Below, piece by piece: positions 52,531 through 64,000 of a DNA stretch of 64,000 bases. Positions within the stretch are counted from its first letter, which is position 1. Every line of letters begins with the position of its first letter. The DNA is from Marsupella aquatica (Eukaryota > Plantae > Marchantiophyta). Location of the stretch: contig OZ316891.1 of NCBI GenBank assembly GCA_973895155.1, positions 12,894,771 to 12,958,770 of the forward strand, written 5' to 3'. The notes under the pieces were generated by a model, which did not search any database, was not told the DNA's origin, and saw only the letters and a list, made by a program, of their open reading frames with translations. A program made the position numbers and the translations under genes.

Positions 52531-52610
52531 TGTTGTTTGTTTTTGTTGTTTTTGTTTTTGTTGTTGTTTTTGTTTTTGTTTTTTTGTTTTTTTGTTTTTT
52601 TGTTTTTTTT
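52531..52610. repeat. (GTTTTT/GTT)n low-complexity tract
   Basis: Visible G/T microsatellite. Confidence 0.9.
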
Positions 52611-54646
52611 GAGGGGGGGTTGAAAAAGTGGGGCGCGGGGGCCCATCAATACCAGGCAAGGGAGCAAAAACCGCCCAAGTAGCGGAACAGAGAGGGGTAG
52701 CGCACCCAAGCAAACCAAAGGAACCCTAGTCAGGCCAAGGGGCCCGATACCAAACCATGCGCAAATCATACTTCAAACCTCTAGTCTGGTGACACCTAAT
52801 CTACTTTATGCTATGAGTGATTAAAAACCTTTGTTGTCTGCTGATTTAGCAAATTCTGTCTTTGCTGGTGTCCCCGTTGATCAAACCAATAAGGGTCTGT
52901 CTGAAGTAGGGACAAGCCCAGGGCGAAGGAGTACCCCTCTCCTTGTTATCATAATAGCTCATCTCGTTGTCATGGTCAAACTGGGGACCCTGGCCATGGT
53001 GGGACTTCATAACCAGTTTACAATATTTGTCACTCATTGATATCCTCCAAATTCAACGCTTGCGGACTCTCGATATTCTCCCACAGCCTGAGTGCTTCTT
53101 GAAGCTATGCCAACGCCCTTTCTAGTTGCTTCCTTTTCCTCTTAGAGTGGCAGACTTGCAACATCATGCTCAGGTGGGCAACAATGTTGCGTAAGACGAC
53201 CCATCCCAGAAGGCGGCCCAAGAATTGAGAGTACATGGTGCAGTGTTTCTTGTAGCAGGGTGATAAAGAGATAAATGACTATTTATTCCTTAACAACTCG
53301 ATTTCGTTCCGGTTAGGAGTGGATAAGATCGAAAAGACCTAATTAACACAATTTGAGAAGTTTACACCAACATTCTTAGGTTGGAGAGATTTCTAATGAT
53401 CTCCTTAACATAAGTGTTTAACCACAAACTCAAGTGGGTAATCCTTAGGATTCACAGTGCAATAATAAAGACTAGAATTAACAAAGATTGAAACTAGAGA
53501 GAGAGTAGATAGGAGTTTTCAAAGTGCAAGGGAATTGAATTTCTGACCATCACCACTCCTTCAATAAGGATTATGGCCTAATTTAAGATTCAGAAATCAA
53601 CATTTTCTATGCTTTTTGATTTCTCGTAGCAACTCTTCTCCATCTCTTGAATTTAGAAGATATGAACGTAAATCAACCCGGGACACTTTTCTGGTCCTGT
53701 TGAGGACGGTACTAGGATACTCGAATCGGCTTACTTCTCCTACAATCCTTAAGATTGCTTGGTTGAGTTTTGTGCAAATGTCAATTTCCTCTTTGGTGAA
53801 TCTTCCAAATGTATTGGTCACAAATCTCATTGATCTTCCAATATCATTATAAGCACACTCTAGCATTCATTGAACATTTCACAACAACTCAAGGGTTGCT
53901 AAACTTCTTCCTTTTACTCAACCATGGTAAAAAGGAAGGGAAGAAAGACATAGATTCCTTCAAAGGCAATGAGGAAATCAAACTGTATGTTTTCTCTCTC
54001 TCTGTTGACTTTGGGTTCTCCTCCTTTTGTACTAAAAGTGGAGATTATGAAAAGACATGTCTCTTCAAAAACCCAAGTCTAAAGAAATATGTAAATAAAA
54101 GTGAACTATCCTAATCAAAAATGGAGTAGAGTCTCCAATGGATACATCAACAAAATACTGGAGTCTACTTACTCATATACTAATCTATATAGATATTTCT
54201 AAGTCTAAACTAATGTGGCTCTAACTCTCTAAATATAACTCTATTCTGGTCCTAGCTTTTGGGAAGGAACCTCCTCGGGGTTAGCCATAGCAAGGGGTTC
54301 TGGTCGAAGGAAAACTCCTTGCTGGCCAGTGGTAAAAGGGATGGACGGGTCAATATCCATGTTCTCCTGATGGGCACTTGGGTCATGAGAATAGGTGTAA
54401 GAATGGGAGTGGAAGTGTGTACTGGGAGTGGGGAAACCAGGAGGGTTGAGGGGTGATGAGGGGCCAGTGGAATAGACTCCTTCATGAGGACTAGGAGAGA
54501 AAGATCTGGTAGTAAAGGGAGGAATCTCAGTATCAGCTAATAGCTCCTATGTAGTCAAGTCACTCATCTCCCTTAAGGCTTCACAGGTCTTTGAGAGGCC
54601 TGTAAGTGCATCATCCACCTTGGTACTCACATCTACCACTAAATGG

Positions 54647-55618
54647 TTAATCTTGGAGAAAAGGATGGGTGTGGTGTTCTTGGGAGGCATGGCCGGATGC
54701 ATCCGGACATTCAGCCGGGTCGACGAAGGCCGGGTCAGAAAAGTCCGGGTCGAGGTTCCGGGCAGCAGACCGGGTCTTTCGAGGATTTGTCTCTGCTGGT
54801 TCCTCATCCTCACTGTCATCAGAGGTGGCCTGGGTGATATCTGGATCTGTCTCTCCATACTTGATGAAGTTGTACTTGGCCAATAGTAATTTCTTCTCCT
54901 CTCTGAACAAAACTCCTTCAAAGCTATATAGATGTACCAGGTAGCAGGAGAGGGGAGTAGGACTCTTGTTGGATAGGTTCTGTACCAACTTCCTTATCAA
55001 ATCAAAGATAAGCTTAGCCCAGTTGACTTTTCTTTCTCCCTTGTAAGCAGCAATAATGGTAGAGCCAACTCCAACAATAACTCTTCTTGGCTTCTCAGGG
55101 TACAGCAGGGGTAGCAGAAAGCTGAAGACTCGTCTCAGATCAGGATCCAAACACTTAGAAACATTGAACCCGTCCTTACTGTTGATGGCTCCTTTGAAGT
55201 AAGGAAGGATTAGGTTGACAGCTCTCCCCACTGGACCTTCTCCTTCATCTTCCAATACAAAAGCTCCTGCAATCATCATCTGAGTCCATCGCTCAGGTCG
55301 GCCTCTGGAGGTATCCTTAAACTCAGCCGGATACTCCTTAGATCGGATCTCTCTGATCATATCTTCGCTCTGATAACTCCAAGGTAGCTCCATCAGAGAC
55401 TCACAGCCCATCCTGAGCAAAGACTCCCTCAGTTTGACCTTCTCAGCTTCACTGTCCGGAATAGCTGGCCTTAGAATTTTCATGGCAATAGGGACCTTCT
55501 TTCTCTTCGATCGTCTCACAGGGGCTTTAACCGGAGTAGGTGCAAGTGATGTTGAGGTTGAATGCCCCTTAGAGACGCGAGAAGTGGACATTCCGGCTGG
55601 ATCCGTCCCTTGCTCCAT
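54647..55618 (-). CDS. Intronless, probably TE-associated protein of unknown function
   Basis: Open frame of 353 codons (first ATG at 55618). Motifs GCESLMELPW, RGRPERWT, SKDGFNVSKC.D..LRRVFSFLLPLLYPEKPRRV, RKVNWAKL, PTPLSCYLVHLY recall repetitive hypothetical proteins of bryophytes (from memory, not searched). Lies among recurring CCGG(G/A)TCGA motifs. Confidence 0.6.
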   Translation of the reverse strand: MEQGTDPAGMSTSRVSKGHSTSTSLAPTPVKAPVRRSKRKKVPIAMKILRPAIPDSEAEKVKLRESLLRMGCESLMELPWSYQSEDMIREIRSKEYPAEFKDTSRGRPERWTQMMIAGAFVLEDEGEGPVGRAVNLILPYFKGAINSKDGFNVSKCLDPDLRRVFSFLLPLLYPEKPRRVIVGVGSTIIAAYKGERKVNWAKLIFDLIRKLVQNLSNKSPTPLSCYLVHLYSFEGVLFREEKKLLLAKYNFIKYGETDPDITQATSDDSEDEEPAETNPRKTRSAARNLDPDFSDPAFVDPAECPDASGHASQEHHTHPFLQD

Positions 55619-56479
55619 AGGACTTATTGAAGCAGAAAATGGATTCCCAATAAATGGCCTGCCTCCTCGTCGGCGAGCTCTACAATGTTGCGACTTCAGA
55701 ATGGTCAATCGCTTCGGTGTCGATCAATGGTAGAAATATCCGGGTCGACCTGGCTATGGCGTTTCTGATCAATTGACAAGCGCTTCTGGAAACGTTGATC
55801 AAGATCCCATCAATCAAAATTCAGGTGCATCGAACGTGGGGCAAAGATAGACTCAAACGGGCCTGAAATGTGGATGTCCGGATCGACCTGGCCTTCGTTC
55901 TCATCACCGATGTATGCACGATCAGAATCTCAAACTTCTTGCCTTCACTCCCAGCGGCGGAGTAGGCATTCCCCTCACAACAAATCAGTCAGTACCCTCA
56001 TATCCAGGCTCTCATCAAGAAATTCAAGATTGGTCCTATAATCCGGACCCAAGATCCTCTACCAAAAGGGTAGAGCCTCCTCACTCTACTGCTTTAACAG
56101 CCTAATGCGCTCGGGAACTCAAAACCTACTAAGTTCGGCTTTGAGAGGTGTGAGAGGCCGGATCGACTCTCCTTCCTTATATCCGGATTCTGCTGTGGTC
56201 GTGCCTGTGTTTGACTTATGGTTTTAAAAACTTTGGCAATGGACAGCTGTTGTTGAGTAGAGTCTCGGTATAAGCTTTATATCTCATTCCAGGTTTATAA
56301 CAAAAAGTTTTGGGTCGATCCTCCTTCTCTAATATCAATCCGGGTTGACCTTAGATGGGCTTGAAAGTCTCATAACACTTCATAGTAGTCTTCAGGTCCC
56401 TCTTTAGCCTCATTTGAGATCTTAAATTTAAAAATTCAAAAATTTATGGCTAATTAACCCTTCCTTCATAAACATCCTT

Positions 56480-58770
56480 ATCTCACATTTCTCTCTTTCT
56501 ATATACTCGAACATAGCTCCATGATCATCACCATCGGACCTAGCTTCCTTTTGTGCATTCTTAGGGACGCGGTGATTGCTTTGTGCAAAGACCCCATTGG
56601 TGTAGTGAGAGTTTCAACCTGTTGTACCAGTTGTTGGACCTCTCTCCATCTGGCTGTAACAGTGCGACAACTTAAGAACATGTTCTCAGTGTTCTTGACG
56701 TGGCTTTTGCACCGGTTGCAAATGCCGTTAGACCATTCCCAGTGAAGAACCATGCTATTCGTGAAGAATCCATGGTTCAGCAAGCGCCATAGAAAGAAAC
56801 ACCTTTGGAAAGGACCATCCTCCCCATAATTTCTTCCAATGGGTTTGCCAGTATTGAGCATTATCGTTATGTCTCCACCTATGATTCAGTTGTTGACTTC
56901 CAACTTCATAACCCTGTGGCGCTGCCCCCAGATCCACGTGGTGAAGATGCCATCCTTTATTCTTGCCATGCTAGCTCCATTGCCACCCTTCATAGTCTTG
57001 CAATTTACCATCCACTTTGATGGTGCTCTTCTGAAGGAGGTGGTAGAACATGTTCAATTTTGTCTTGGACCCAATCAACCTAGTGCTTCAAATCTGTTGA
57101 TTGAGTTTGTCTTCTGTCACCCAATCCCCCTGCGATGTCTTGAGATCCATCAGATTTTTTATACTCCAATTTGCTAGAATCTTCTCAAGTCCTTACCTTG
57201 TTGATCCGTGGTTGAGTTGTTCCTCAGGTACAGTAGAATGGTTTGCTCCATTGAGAGGTGGGCTGGTATTTGGCCTTTCCCAAAATTGAATTTGAGTTGT
57301 TGACTATTGTGGAACCATCCCTTGAGGAGTCCCTTTAACATAGGAGAGCCCTGGATACAGATGCCATCTTTGATCAACAATGCTTCACAAGCGATGCAAC
57401 ATCTTCTCTCTTTCTTTCCTAGTCCAGACTTGAGACTCTGCTTGATGATCTCTTGTGCAATCTTCACCCACTCGCAATCTGCCGTAGAAATGAGTTTAGT
57501 CATATGTCTCATCTTCAGGGCTTGGGCTTGTTCAGCTAAGGGCTGAATGCCCAGCCCTCCGCCCTCCTTGAGAGAGGCAATAATATCCCAAGCAGTGAGA
57601 GCTTTCTTGAAACCATCCTTGGGAGTCGTTCCCCATAAAAACCTATGACACTTTTTCCATCTCCTAGAATTCCTTCTTGTACAGAGTAGGAGTCATCAAA
57701 TGGTATGTGGGGATCTCTCTGAGTACATGTTTGAGCAGTACTGACCTGCCCGTCATAGACAGGCTCTTATTAGTCCAATGACAAAGTCTCTGTCTTAGTT
57801 TCTCTACAAGAAACGAATCTTGTCACCAATTGGGCAGCTACCAAGATATTCAGTGATCTCCCCTTCCTTGGCAATATGGCATCTGGTATCCCTTAACCAT
57901 TCCGGGTATATCCCACCGTCAAGGTATACTGGAATGATCTTGGATTTTTGCACATTCAATTGGTTGCTTGAGAAGAGCTCATATTGCTGAATAATCTCCC
58001 GTGCTATTTGGAAGTTCTCTTTTGACAAAACAAGAAACAGTCCAATGTCATCTGCAAAGAGTTGGAGACATAACCACTGATTATCCCCAACCTTCAGTCC
58101 CGTCAGTTCCCCAATCTCAGTTTTCTTCTTATAGAGCGCCATTAGCGGTTGAGTAGTGAGTGCGAAGAGGATTTAAGACAAAGGGCAACTTTGCCGCACT
58201 CCCCCGTTCGACATAATTTGGCAGTAAATCTCCCATTGATGTGGACCTTGGAGTGTGTGTGCTCAACCAACCCTTTCACTAGAGTGATTACCTGTTCATC
58301 AAAGTTCATCGCCCTCATCACCGCCCACAAAAAGGAGTGTTCAACCCTATCGTAAGCTTTGGCAAAGTCAAGCTTGAGAAACATCAAGGGTTGCTTGTTA
58401 GCTGCTGCAAATTCTTGTGCCATTTTGAAGTTTAGGAGGTCATCCAGAATATCTCTCCCCTCCAGAAACCCGGTCTCTTATTAGCAACCTTTTTAATCTG
58501 ATTGGCATGCATGCAACCAACTTAGCAATCAGTTTTTCAGTCTGTGTGAGCATGGTCAGAGGTCTCAATTGCTAAGCTCTAGAACGTCAAGATTCTTTGG
58601 AATCAGCTTGATGACTCCAGAAACCGCCCGAGTAGTCATCTTCCGGTCCTGCCAATACGCTTGGATTATTTTAACATAGGCTGGCTTCATAAACTCCCAT
58701 CCCTTTAGTAGCATCTCAACGGTAACTCCATCATTTAATCCCAGGTGATTTCTCCTTAGAGAGTGTTGCT
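56480..58770 (-). mobile_element. 5'-truncated, decayed L1-like LINE (RT and zf-RVT)
   Basis: FLKLDFAKAYDRVEH, QLFADDIGLFL, LNVQKSKI, EYLG.CPIG, and the C-terminal FLWRLLNHGFFTN..GICNRC..ENMFLSC. Multiple frameshifts. Confidence 0.9.
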
Positions 58771-60214
58771 CGTGTTACAAGTAGTTGTTTAAGTAATGTT
58801 GTTGTTGCGGAGGTACCAAAGATTTTAATATGTTGGAGAGTAAGTTGTTGCGAGATCCAACTTTCAGACAGGGTTGCTCTTGGTGTAAGGATGAGTAATT
58901 TTGCTATTGTGAAGCTAGCAAAGAGACTAGAATTTTAATTTTTAGGAGCCCCATCACAAAATCTGATTTTCCATAGAGTGATACTATTTGTACAAAGAAC
59001 GATGCACTTGTTACAAAGAACCCTTTGAATAATTTTACCATTTACGAAACTACTCTAGATTTGAAATATACCTATGCAAGATCTATGCATCATAAGCTTA
59101 AGTGCCAGTGAGTTTATGAGAATACTTTAAACTTTTTCCCTTCCATTTGCAGCCAGATGTTCCCTTTTCAGGCTTCATTGTGATGGCGAGTGACAAGTCT
59201 AGGTCCATGTGGGCTCTAACTTCTCTCATTGGTCATATAAGGTTAGGTTCCCACCCACCATTAGGATAGTTAGAGTGATGGGAATTAACTAGCGCTTGCA
59301 AGTAATAAAAAGTTAGCTTTACAAAAGTTAACTATTCCCAAAGGGTTCCAATCGGAATTTTTGGGATAACTTGGTTGCTAGTTTGGACATCAATTTTTTG
59401 GTCCTTTTGATAGGGGGTGAAAATCTTCAACATTTTACTATCAACTTTATCGTATTTATTGAGGTTCACTCCCGCCTATCCTCCTTTGGTACCCCCTCCG
59501 CCAACTACCTCTGAGAGAATTGGTAGCCCCCCACCCATAGCCTTCAACAAGCGACAATATTGTACAAATTGGACGAGAATGGATGAGATTTCCACAAACA
59601 GGGTGCAAATTGTAGAGCAATTGATGGATGGGATGCAAGATCAAGTTGTGAATGATGTCTTGTTGCAATGTAGGGGGAGGCGGAGCTATTTATATGACTT
59701 CCTAGAAACATCCAAAGCTTGAAAATTTTGAAAAATTCTCAATCTACATGCGGATCCGAACAATCAGTGGATGTTGCCAGGTCTTTGTGTAAATCTGATG
59801 CTACGACTGACTTTTGGTGGAGCCTGTGGTCTGGATGGTCTTCTTCAAAGCGAGGGAATAGTGCAAAGTATGGGGAAGAGTCGGTCATGTGGGAAGGACG
59901 GTCAGGTTGAACACGCGTGTCCCCTAGAGGGCAGTGCTAATGCCTAAAACGCTGGCCAGTTTCGTACTTAGAGATAAGAACGTGAAATCAAAAATCATAC
60001 TGTCGTAAGTTTGATTTGTCGATAGAGCCCTACTTGCACTATGTTGTGACGCTAGCCCGTCCAAAACATTATAAAATGGATGCAATCTTTTGTTGTAAAT
60101 TGTGAAACCTATCCTTGCAATTTAAGCAAAATAATAGCCGAAGATCAACAAGGTTACTTTATGGAGATATTTAATCCATTCATTTTTCTCCCTCTACTAA
60201 GGAGCTCAAGTTAA

Positions 60215-61695
60215 TCCATGGACCCCCATGTTTATCCACGAAATGTGTGTGTGATGAAGTGAAATCAATTTTTATTGTAACCAATGAAATTGAGTCTCCC
60301 GATGGTCTTGGTGTATGTTTGTACAAAAGAAAATGCTCAAAAGATAGTCAGAGGAGATTTATCAAACGGAAGGTTGAATGTGGAGGAATTGAGTTTTTTG
60401 ACAATTTTTGCTTACACATTGGGAAATCGTGTTTCTACCATTCTTGATTGATCGGTTGTGAGTTACATTGAACATTACCAGCACAAGACAGACCGGAAGA
60501 CAACACTCAACTCTCGGCAATTGAAAGAGAGTTTGTCAATTTGGTGGGAAGAATGCACAAAATGGACGAGCTATCACTTCACGTGAAGGATTTGTAGTTT
60601 TTTTTATCTAAGAAAGGTATGGTGTGAGGGGGATCACCAATTGTTTCTTTGACATAGAGGCTGCATTTGGCGTCAACTTGCATTTAGATTGAGCTTCAGT
60701 TGAAGACTGGAGGGATGCAAACAGTTCAAGTCGTAAAGCAAGCATTGTGGACAAGCGATGACAAAGTAATCAAAGAAATCAATTTGTAGCGGCTAAGTTT
60801 GTGACGGTCACAAGATTGTGACATCTCTTAATTGAGAAAGGATTTCCAATGAGCCTTAGATTGACAAATTTTGTCAAGTTCCAAATGCGTCTTTGAATTT
60901 CTCTGCCTTTCCAATGAGTGTGACAATAAGAGATTTTGATCCTGAGTTTATGAATTCTTTTAGTTTTCCAACATTGAGTCAGACATTGACAAATTTCATG
61001 TCAGATTTTTTGTCATGGTACTAAAGAGATCATGAGGATTTCAATCTCTCTAGCTTCTAATGTTTGACATTGGGATTATTCGTCAAGAATTAGAGAGATC
61101 ATGAGTATCTGAATTTCTTTAGCTTTCCAATGAACCTAACATTGATAGATTTTGTTAAGTACTAAGGAGACGATGAGTTTCTAATTTTACTCTAGCTTTC
61201 CAATGAGTGTGACATTGAGAGATTTTATCAAGACATACTAAAGAGGTCATGAATATCTAAATCTTGATCTTGAGCTTTTCAATGAATCAAACATTGACAG
61301 ATTTTAAGTACTAAGGAGATTGATTACTTAGTTTTACAATGTGGAGCCAAAGGGGTTCTAACTATGTACATTTATGTCAATTGGTTTTTTCAAACTTGCA
61401 AACAATTAAAAAATACAAGCATTTTGATACAAAACACTGATATATCTTTGGCAAAGATCAGAATGGTAACTTTATTTTACTACATGACATCTCTTCTTTT
61501 GTATTTTGGTTGTTTTACGCTTAATATTTATGGCATGTCACCACAAAAACTACATTGCTTTTGTCACAAACATGAATGTGCACTTTTGTTACTGTTAAAA
61601 GTATGATCATTCCTATTTGTGGCTAGTTGTGTTAATGTGGTGCAACCTCGTGGCAGGGAATTTGCAAGGGACCACTCATGGGGGTTTGTAACTAG
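60215..61695 (+). mobile_element. Helitron-like non-autonomous element, copy B
   Basis: A|TC CATGGACCCCCATG .. GGGACCACTCATGGGGGTTTGTAA CTAG. Full-length homologue of copy A with different flanks. No TSD. Confidence 0.7.
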
Positions 61696-62725
61696 GTTTG
61701 GGTGTTCTCTTCACATAGTGAAAATTGTGGCTGCTTCTTAGGAATTTAGATTGCCTTTGTTTGTTTTAGGGCCACGCATGAAAAAGGGGACTAGATGGTA
61801 TCTTCTATGCCATGGATATCATTGATTTCTTACTGACAGTTGAGATTCCCGGATTTAGACCAAAACATTTTGAGTTGTCCAGTATTTTCCAGGTTTGAAG
61901 TCTGGTACCTATTTGTTGTCAGAACAACACTGTTAGTGTAAAAATTGGAAATGAAATGATCTACACTAAAATTTTGTACAGTGCAGTGCATTGCCTGAGC
62001 CAACTCAAGTTGTTTACAGCTTCTAGTACGATAGAAGTGGATGATAGTTGGTCAAGTATAGAACTCACCCCTTAAATTCTACGGTTGCTGATTCAAGATT
62101 TAGTTGGCAAAGCTTTGGAGGGGAGCTACAATGGTAAATTTAACGGTGTTGAGATCCTACAACTTCTTTCGGAGAGATTGTCCTTCAGTGAGTATTTTTT
62201 AGTGAGAAATTTGTACTGATCAATTCGGATGTCAGTGCAAGCTTCAATCCTCAATGCTATTGAAGTAAAATCCTAAATCTCTTGCAACTTGTCCCATCTT
62301 GATCTATTTGATCATTCATCTGTTTCCCTTTCAATTTTCCGCAAGGGAGTATGTAAGGAAATCCTGGCCCCATTTCTCCTCATTCCAACTCTCTTTCTCT
62401 GTCCCTCCTTCGTGGCCACTTGCCTTGAGTCAGCTTGCATTGAGAGCATTGAGAATCACGTGGTCTCCCACGAAGCTGTCGTGTCTGTTCTAGCTTTGAG
62501 CTTGATTTTGGTTTGTATTCATCTCTGGCCTGGAACTCGCACAAACAAAAAGGCTGGAACCTTACTAGCTCTCGATCATCTCCCCTAGCTAAATTTGATT
62601 TTGTCCAAGTCTCCATTTAGAGATATCTATTGATTGGTATCTCTCTTCTATTGGCTTGCATGTTGTAGCTACTTATATCAAATCAAATTTCCAGATTGCT
62701 CAATTTCCTAGTACGATCTAAAGTA

Positions 62726-62863
62726 GTGGCGATTAGTCGGCTCTTTTTGACCTGTGTGTTATTTGTCTTGATCTTCTCGGCTATACTTTCAACAGATCCT
62801 AGGTGCTCCTCGGCTCAAGTTTGGGGACCGGATGGCCACCACATCATTTGTAGCATTGCCAAG
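62726..62863 (+). pseudogene. First exon of an S1/P1-type endonuclease (ENDO/BFN family) with no ATG
   Basis: Signal-peptide-like AISRLFLTCVLFVLIFSAIL is followed by the mature N-terminus WGPDGHHIICSIAK and a GTATGT donor. GTG sits where the ATG is expected. No second exon is visible in the window. Confidence 0.7.
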
Positions 62864-63181
62864 GTATGTTTTTTAGTCTGCATTGTGTGTCATGGTGGGG
62901 TCACCACTGTGAGAGCTTCGGGTCTGTGCTCTCACAGTGGCGACCAGACCAAGCCACTCAGTGAGTTTTTTAGTCTGTGCTCTCACAATGATGACCCTGC
63001 GACAAGAAGTTACCGGACTGCCAAGTGAAACCATGTTACAAAAAGTTAAGTTCCAAGCACTCATGGCACTTAACTGTTTTGTTAAGTACTCAAAAAAGGT
63101 CATCACTGACTATTTCTCGTTACAGTTTTTAACTATGACATTTAACTATGAGTGCAACTTGCGCCGACGGGAACCTTGCAC

Positions 63182-63917
63182 CTAGTTTTCTTTATGGACC
63201 CCACTAGAGGTCCCTTCCAAAATTTGAGACTCCACAGCGCGCCACATCATCGAGATGTAGTGCAAACAGGTATGGATTGGTTTACAAAATAAAATTGCTT
63301 CAACATTTGTGTCTGTGGCATGATTTTAGTAAAATTGAGGACGTCATGCCGTAAATTGAGATGTAAAATTGTTTTAAAAATAACCGTTTTATTTACCCTA
63401 GGTAACAGACTGTTCAATTAGCAGGAGGCCCGCCTTCCGTTTTTTTACCCTAGTAACCGCTGCCCACCCGCATTCTGAATTGTGTTTCAATTGAATAATA
63501 ACTAAATCTCTCTCAACAAGTTGATCTGATGACAAAGTAATCGTGACAATTTTCTCGACCTTCTGCTGCCACGAAGGAAGAAGTGGACATGATTCTATGT
63601 TGGATCACTCAGCACTCCTTTCCATGGCGTCATCATTGCAGTTTCTAACTCGGTGATGCCTCTTGCTATTGTTAGATTATCCAACGCATGAGGCACGAGC
63701 GAATGAAAGAGAAGCAAGCATAGCAGGGTTCAATAAGGGCCTCGTCTACGTGCAGATGGTGTTGAAAAGCCTAGGCATGAAAGAAGGACATAGTTATAAG
63801 AAGTGTCAAGAGATGATCAAGGGAGTCAATGTAGACGTTAATGGGAAGGTGGACTTTCAGGAGTTCAAGGAGTTGATGTTGTCTAAAGCTTTCCGTTAAT
63901 AGGGGGTCCACGAACGA
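63182..63917 (-). mobile_element. Helitron-like family, copy C, with captured calmodulin-like fragment
   Basis: The minus strand starts TCGTTCGTGGACCCCCT and ends GGGACCTCTAGTGGGGTCC ATAAAGAAAA CTAG. The last ~200 bp are homologous to copies A and B (TTACGGCATG, GCCACA.AC, CCTGTTTG, GATGTGGC). Confidence 0.62.
63750..63899 (+). pseudogene. Calmodulin-like (CML) C-terminal EF-hand fragment
   Basis: VQMVLKSLGMKEGHSYKKCQEMIKGVNVDVNGKVDFQEFKELM resembles the plant CML tail VL.SLGLK.G....C..MI..VDVDGDG.V.F.EFK.MM. The upstream EF-hands are absent and the loop is degenerate. Confidence 0.75.
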
Positions 63918-64000
63918 ATTTTAATTAACAACATTAGTTAAAAGATACATTAGGTGGGACCCACCCTAAATCTGTTAGAAATGGTCAAGAAGAAAATCCT

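Larger units (their letters stand above)
59241..63966 (+). mobile_element. PIF/Harbinger-type family F, copy 2 (4.7 kb), carrying nested elements and gene fragments
   Basis: TAA|GGTTAGGTTCCCACC .. GGTGGGACCCACCC|TAA. The left ~200 bp and the right subterminal TAGTTA.AAAG.TA.A.T.AGGTGGG match 39170-40732. Confidence 0.6.

Noticed and set aside
52447-52769. K/Q/N-rich and V/F-rich ORFs
   Set aside because: Translations of the GTTTTT microsatellite.
50198-61695. Copies A and B read as the two LTRs of a 11.5-kb retrotransposon
   Set aside because: No TG..CA ends, PBS, polypurine tract or TSD. Related copies occur singly and in both orientations, and copy B is nested inside a different element.

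Overview
This is a eukaryotic nuclear window with GT-AG introns from a land plant. The transposon families suggest a bryophyte, possibly a liverwort, but that is inference. Four intact spliced genes can be assembled exon by exon: a glycolipid transfer protein (GLTP, minus), an FLK/PEPPER-type triple-KH RNA-binding protein (plus), 40S ribosomal protein S9/uS4 (minus) and a PI-PLC X-domain protein (minus). Most of the rest is mobile DNA: (1) a full-length Bianca-lineage Ty1/copia element with 114-bp LTRs, an ATGCA target-site duplication (TSD) and a half-tRNA-Ile primer-binding site; (2) a complete PIF/Harbinger element with a TAA TSD, transposase, Myb/SANT ORF and an unexplained third ORF; (3) two copies of a second Harbinger-type non-autonomous family; (4) five copies of a TSD-less, Helitron-like family with complementary 5' and 3' ends; (5) a 5'-truncated CRE-clade retrotransposon with a restriction-like endonuclease; (6) a pogo-like transposase relic, several decayed LINEs and MITEs. 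The most unusual structure is a 4.7-kb Harbinger-type element at the right end. It contains a captured S1/P1-nuclease first exon and two nested Helitron-like copies, one carrying a calmodulin-like EF-hand fragment. All calls come from reading the sequence by eye; no database searches were run.
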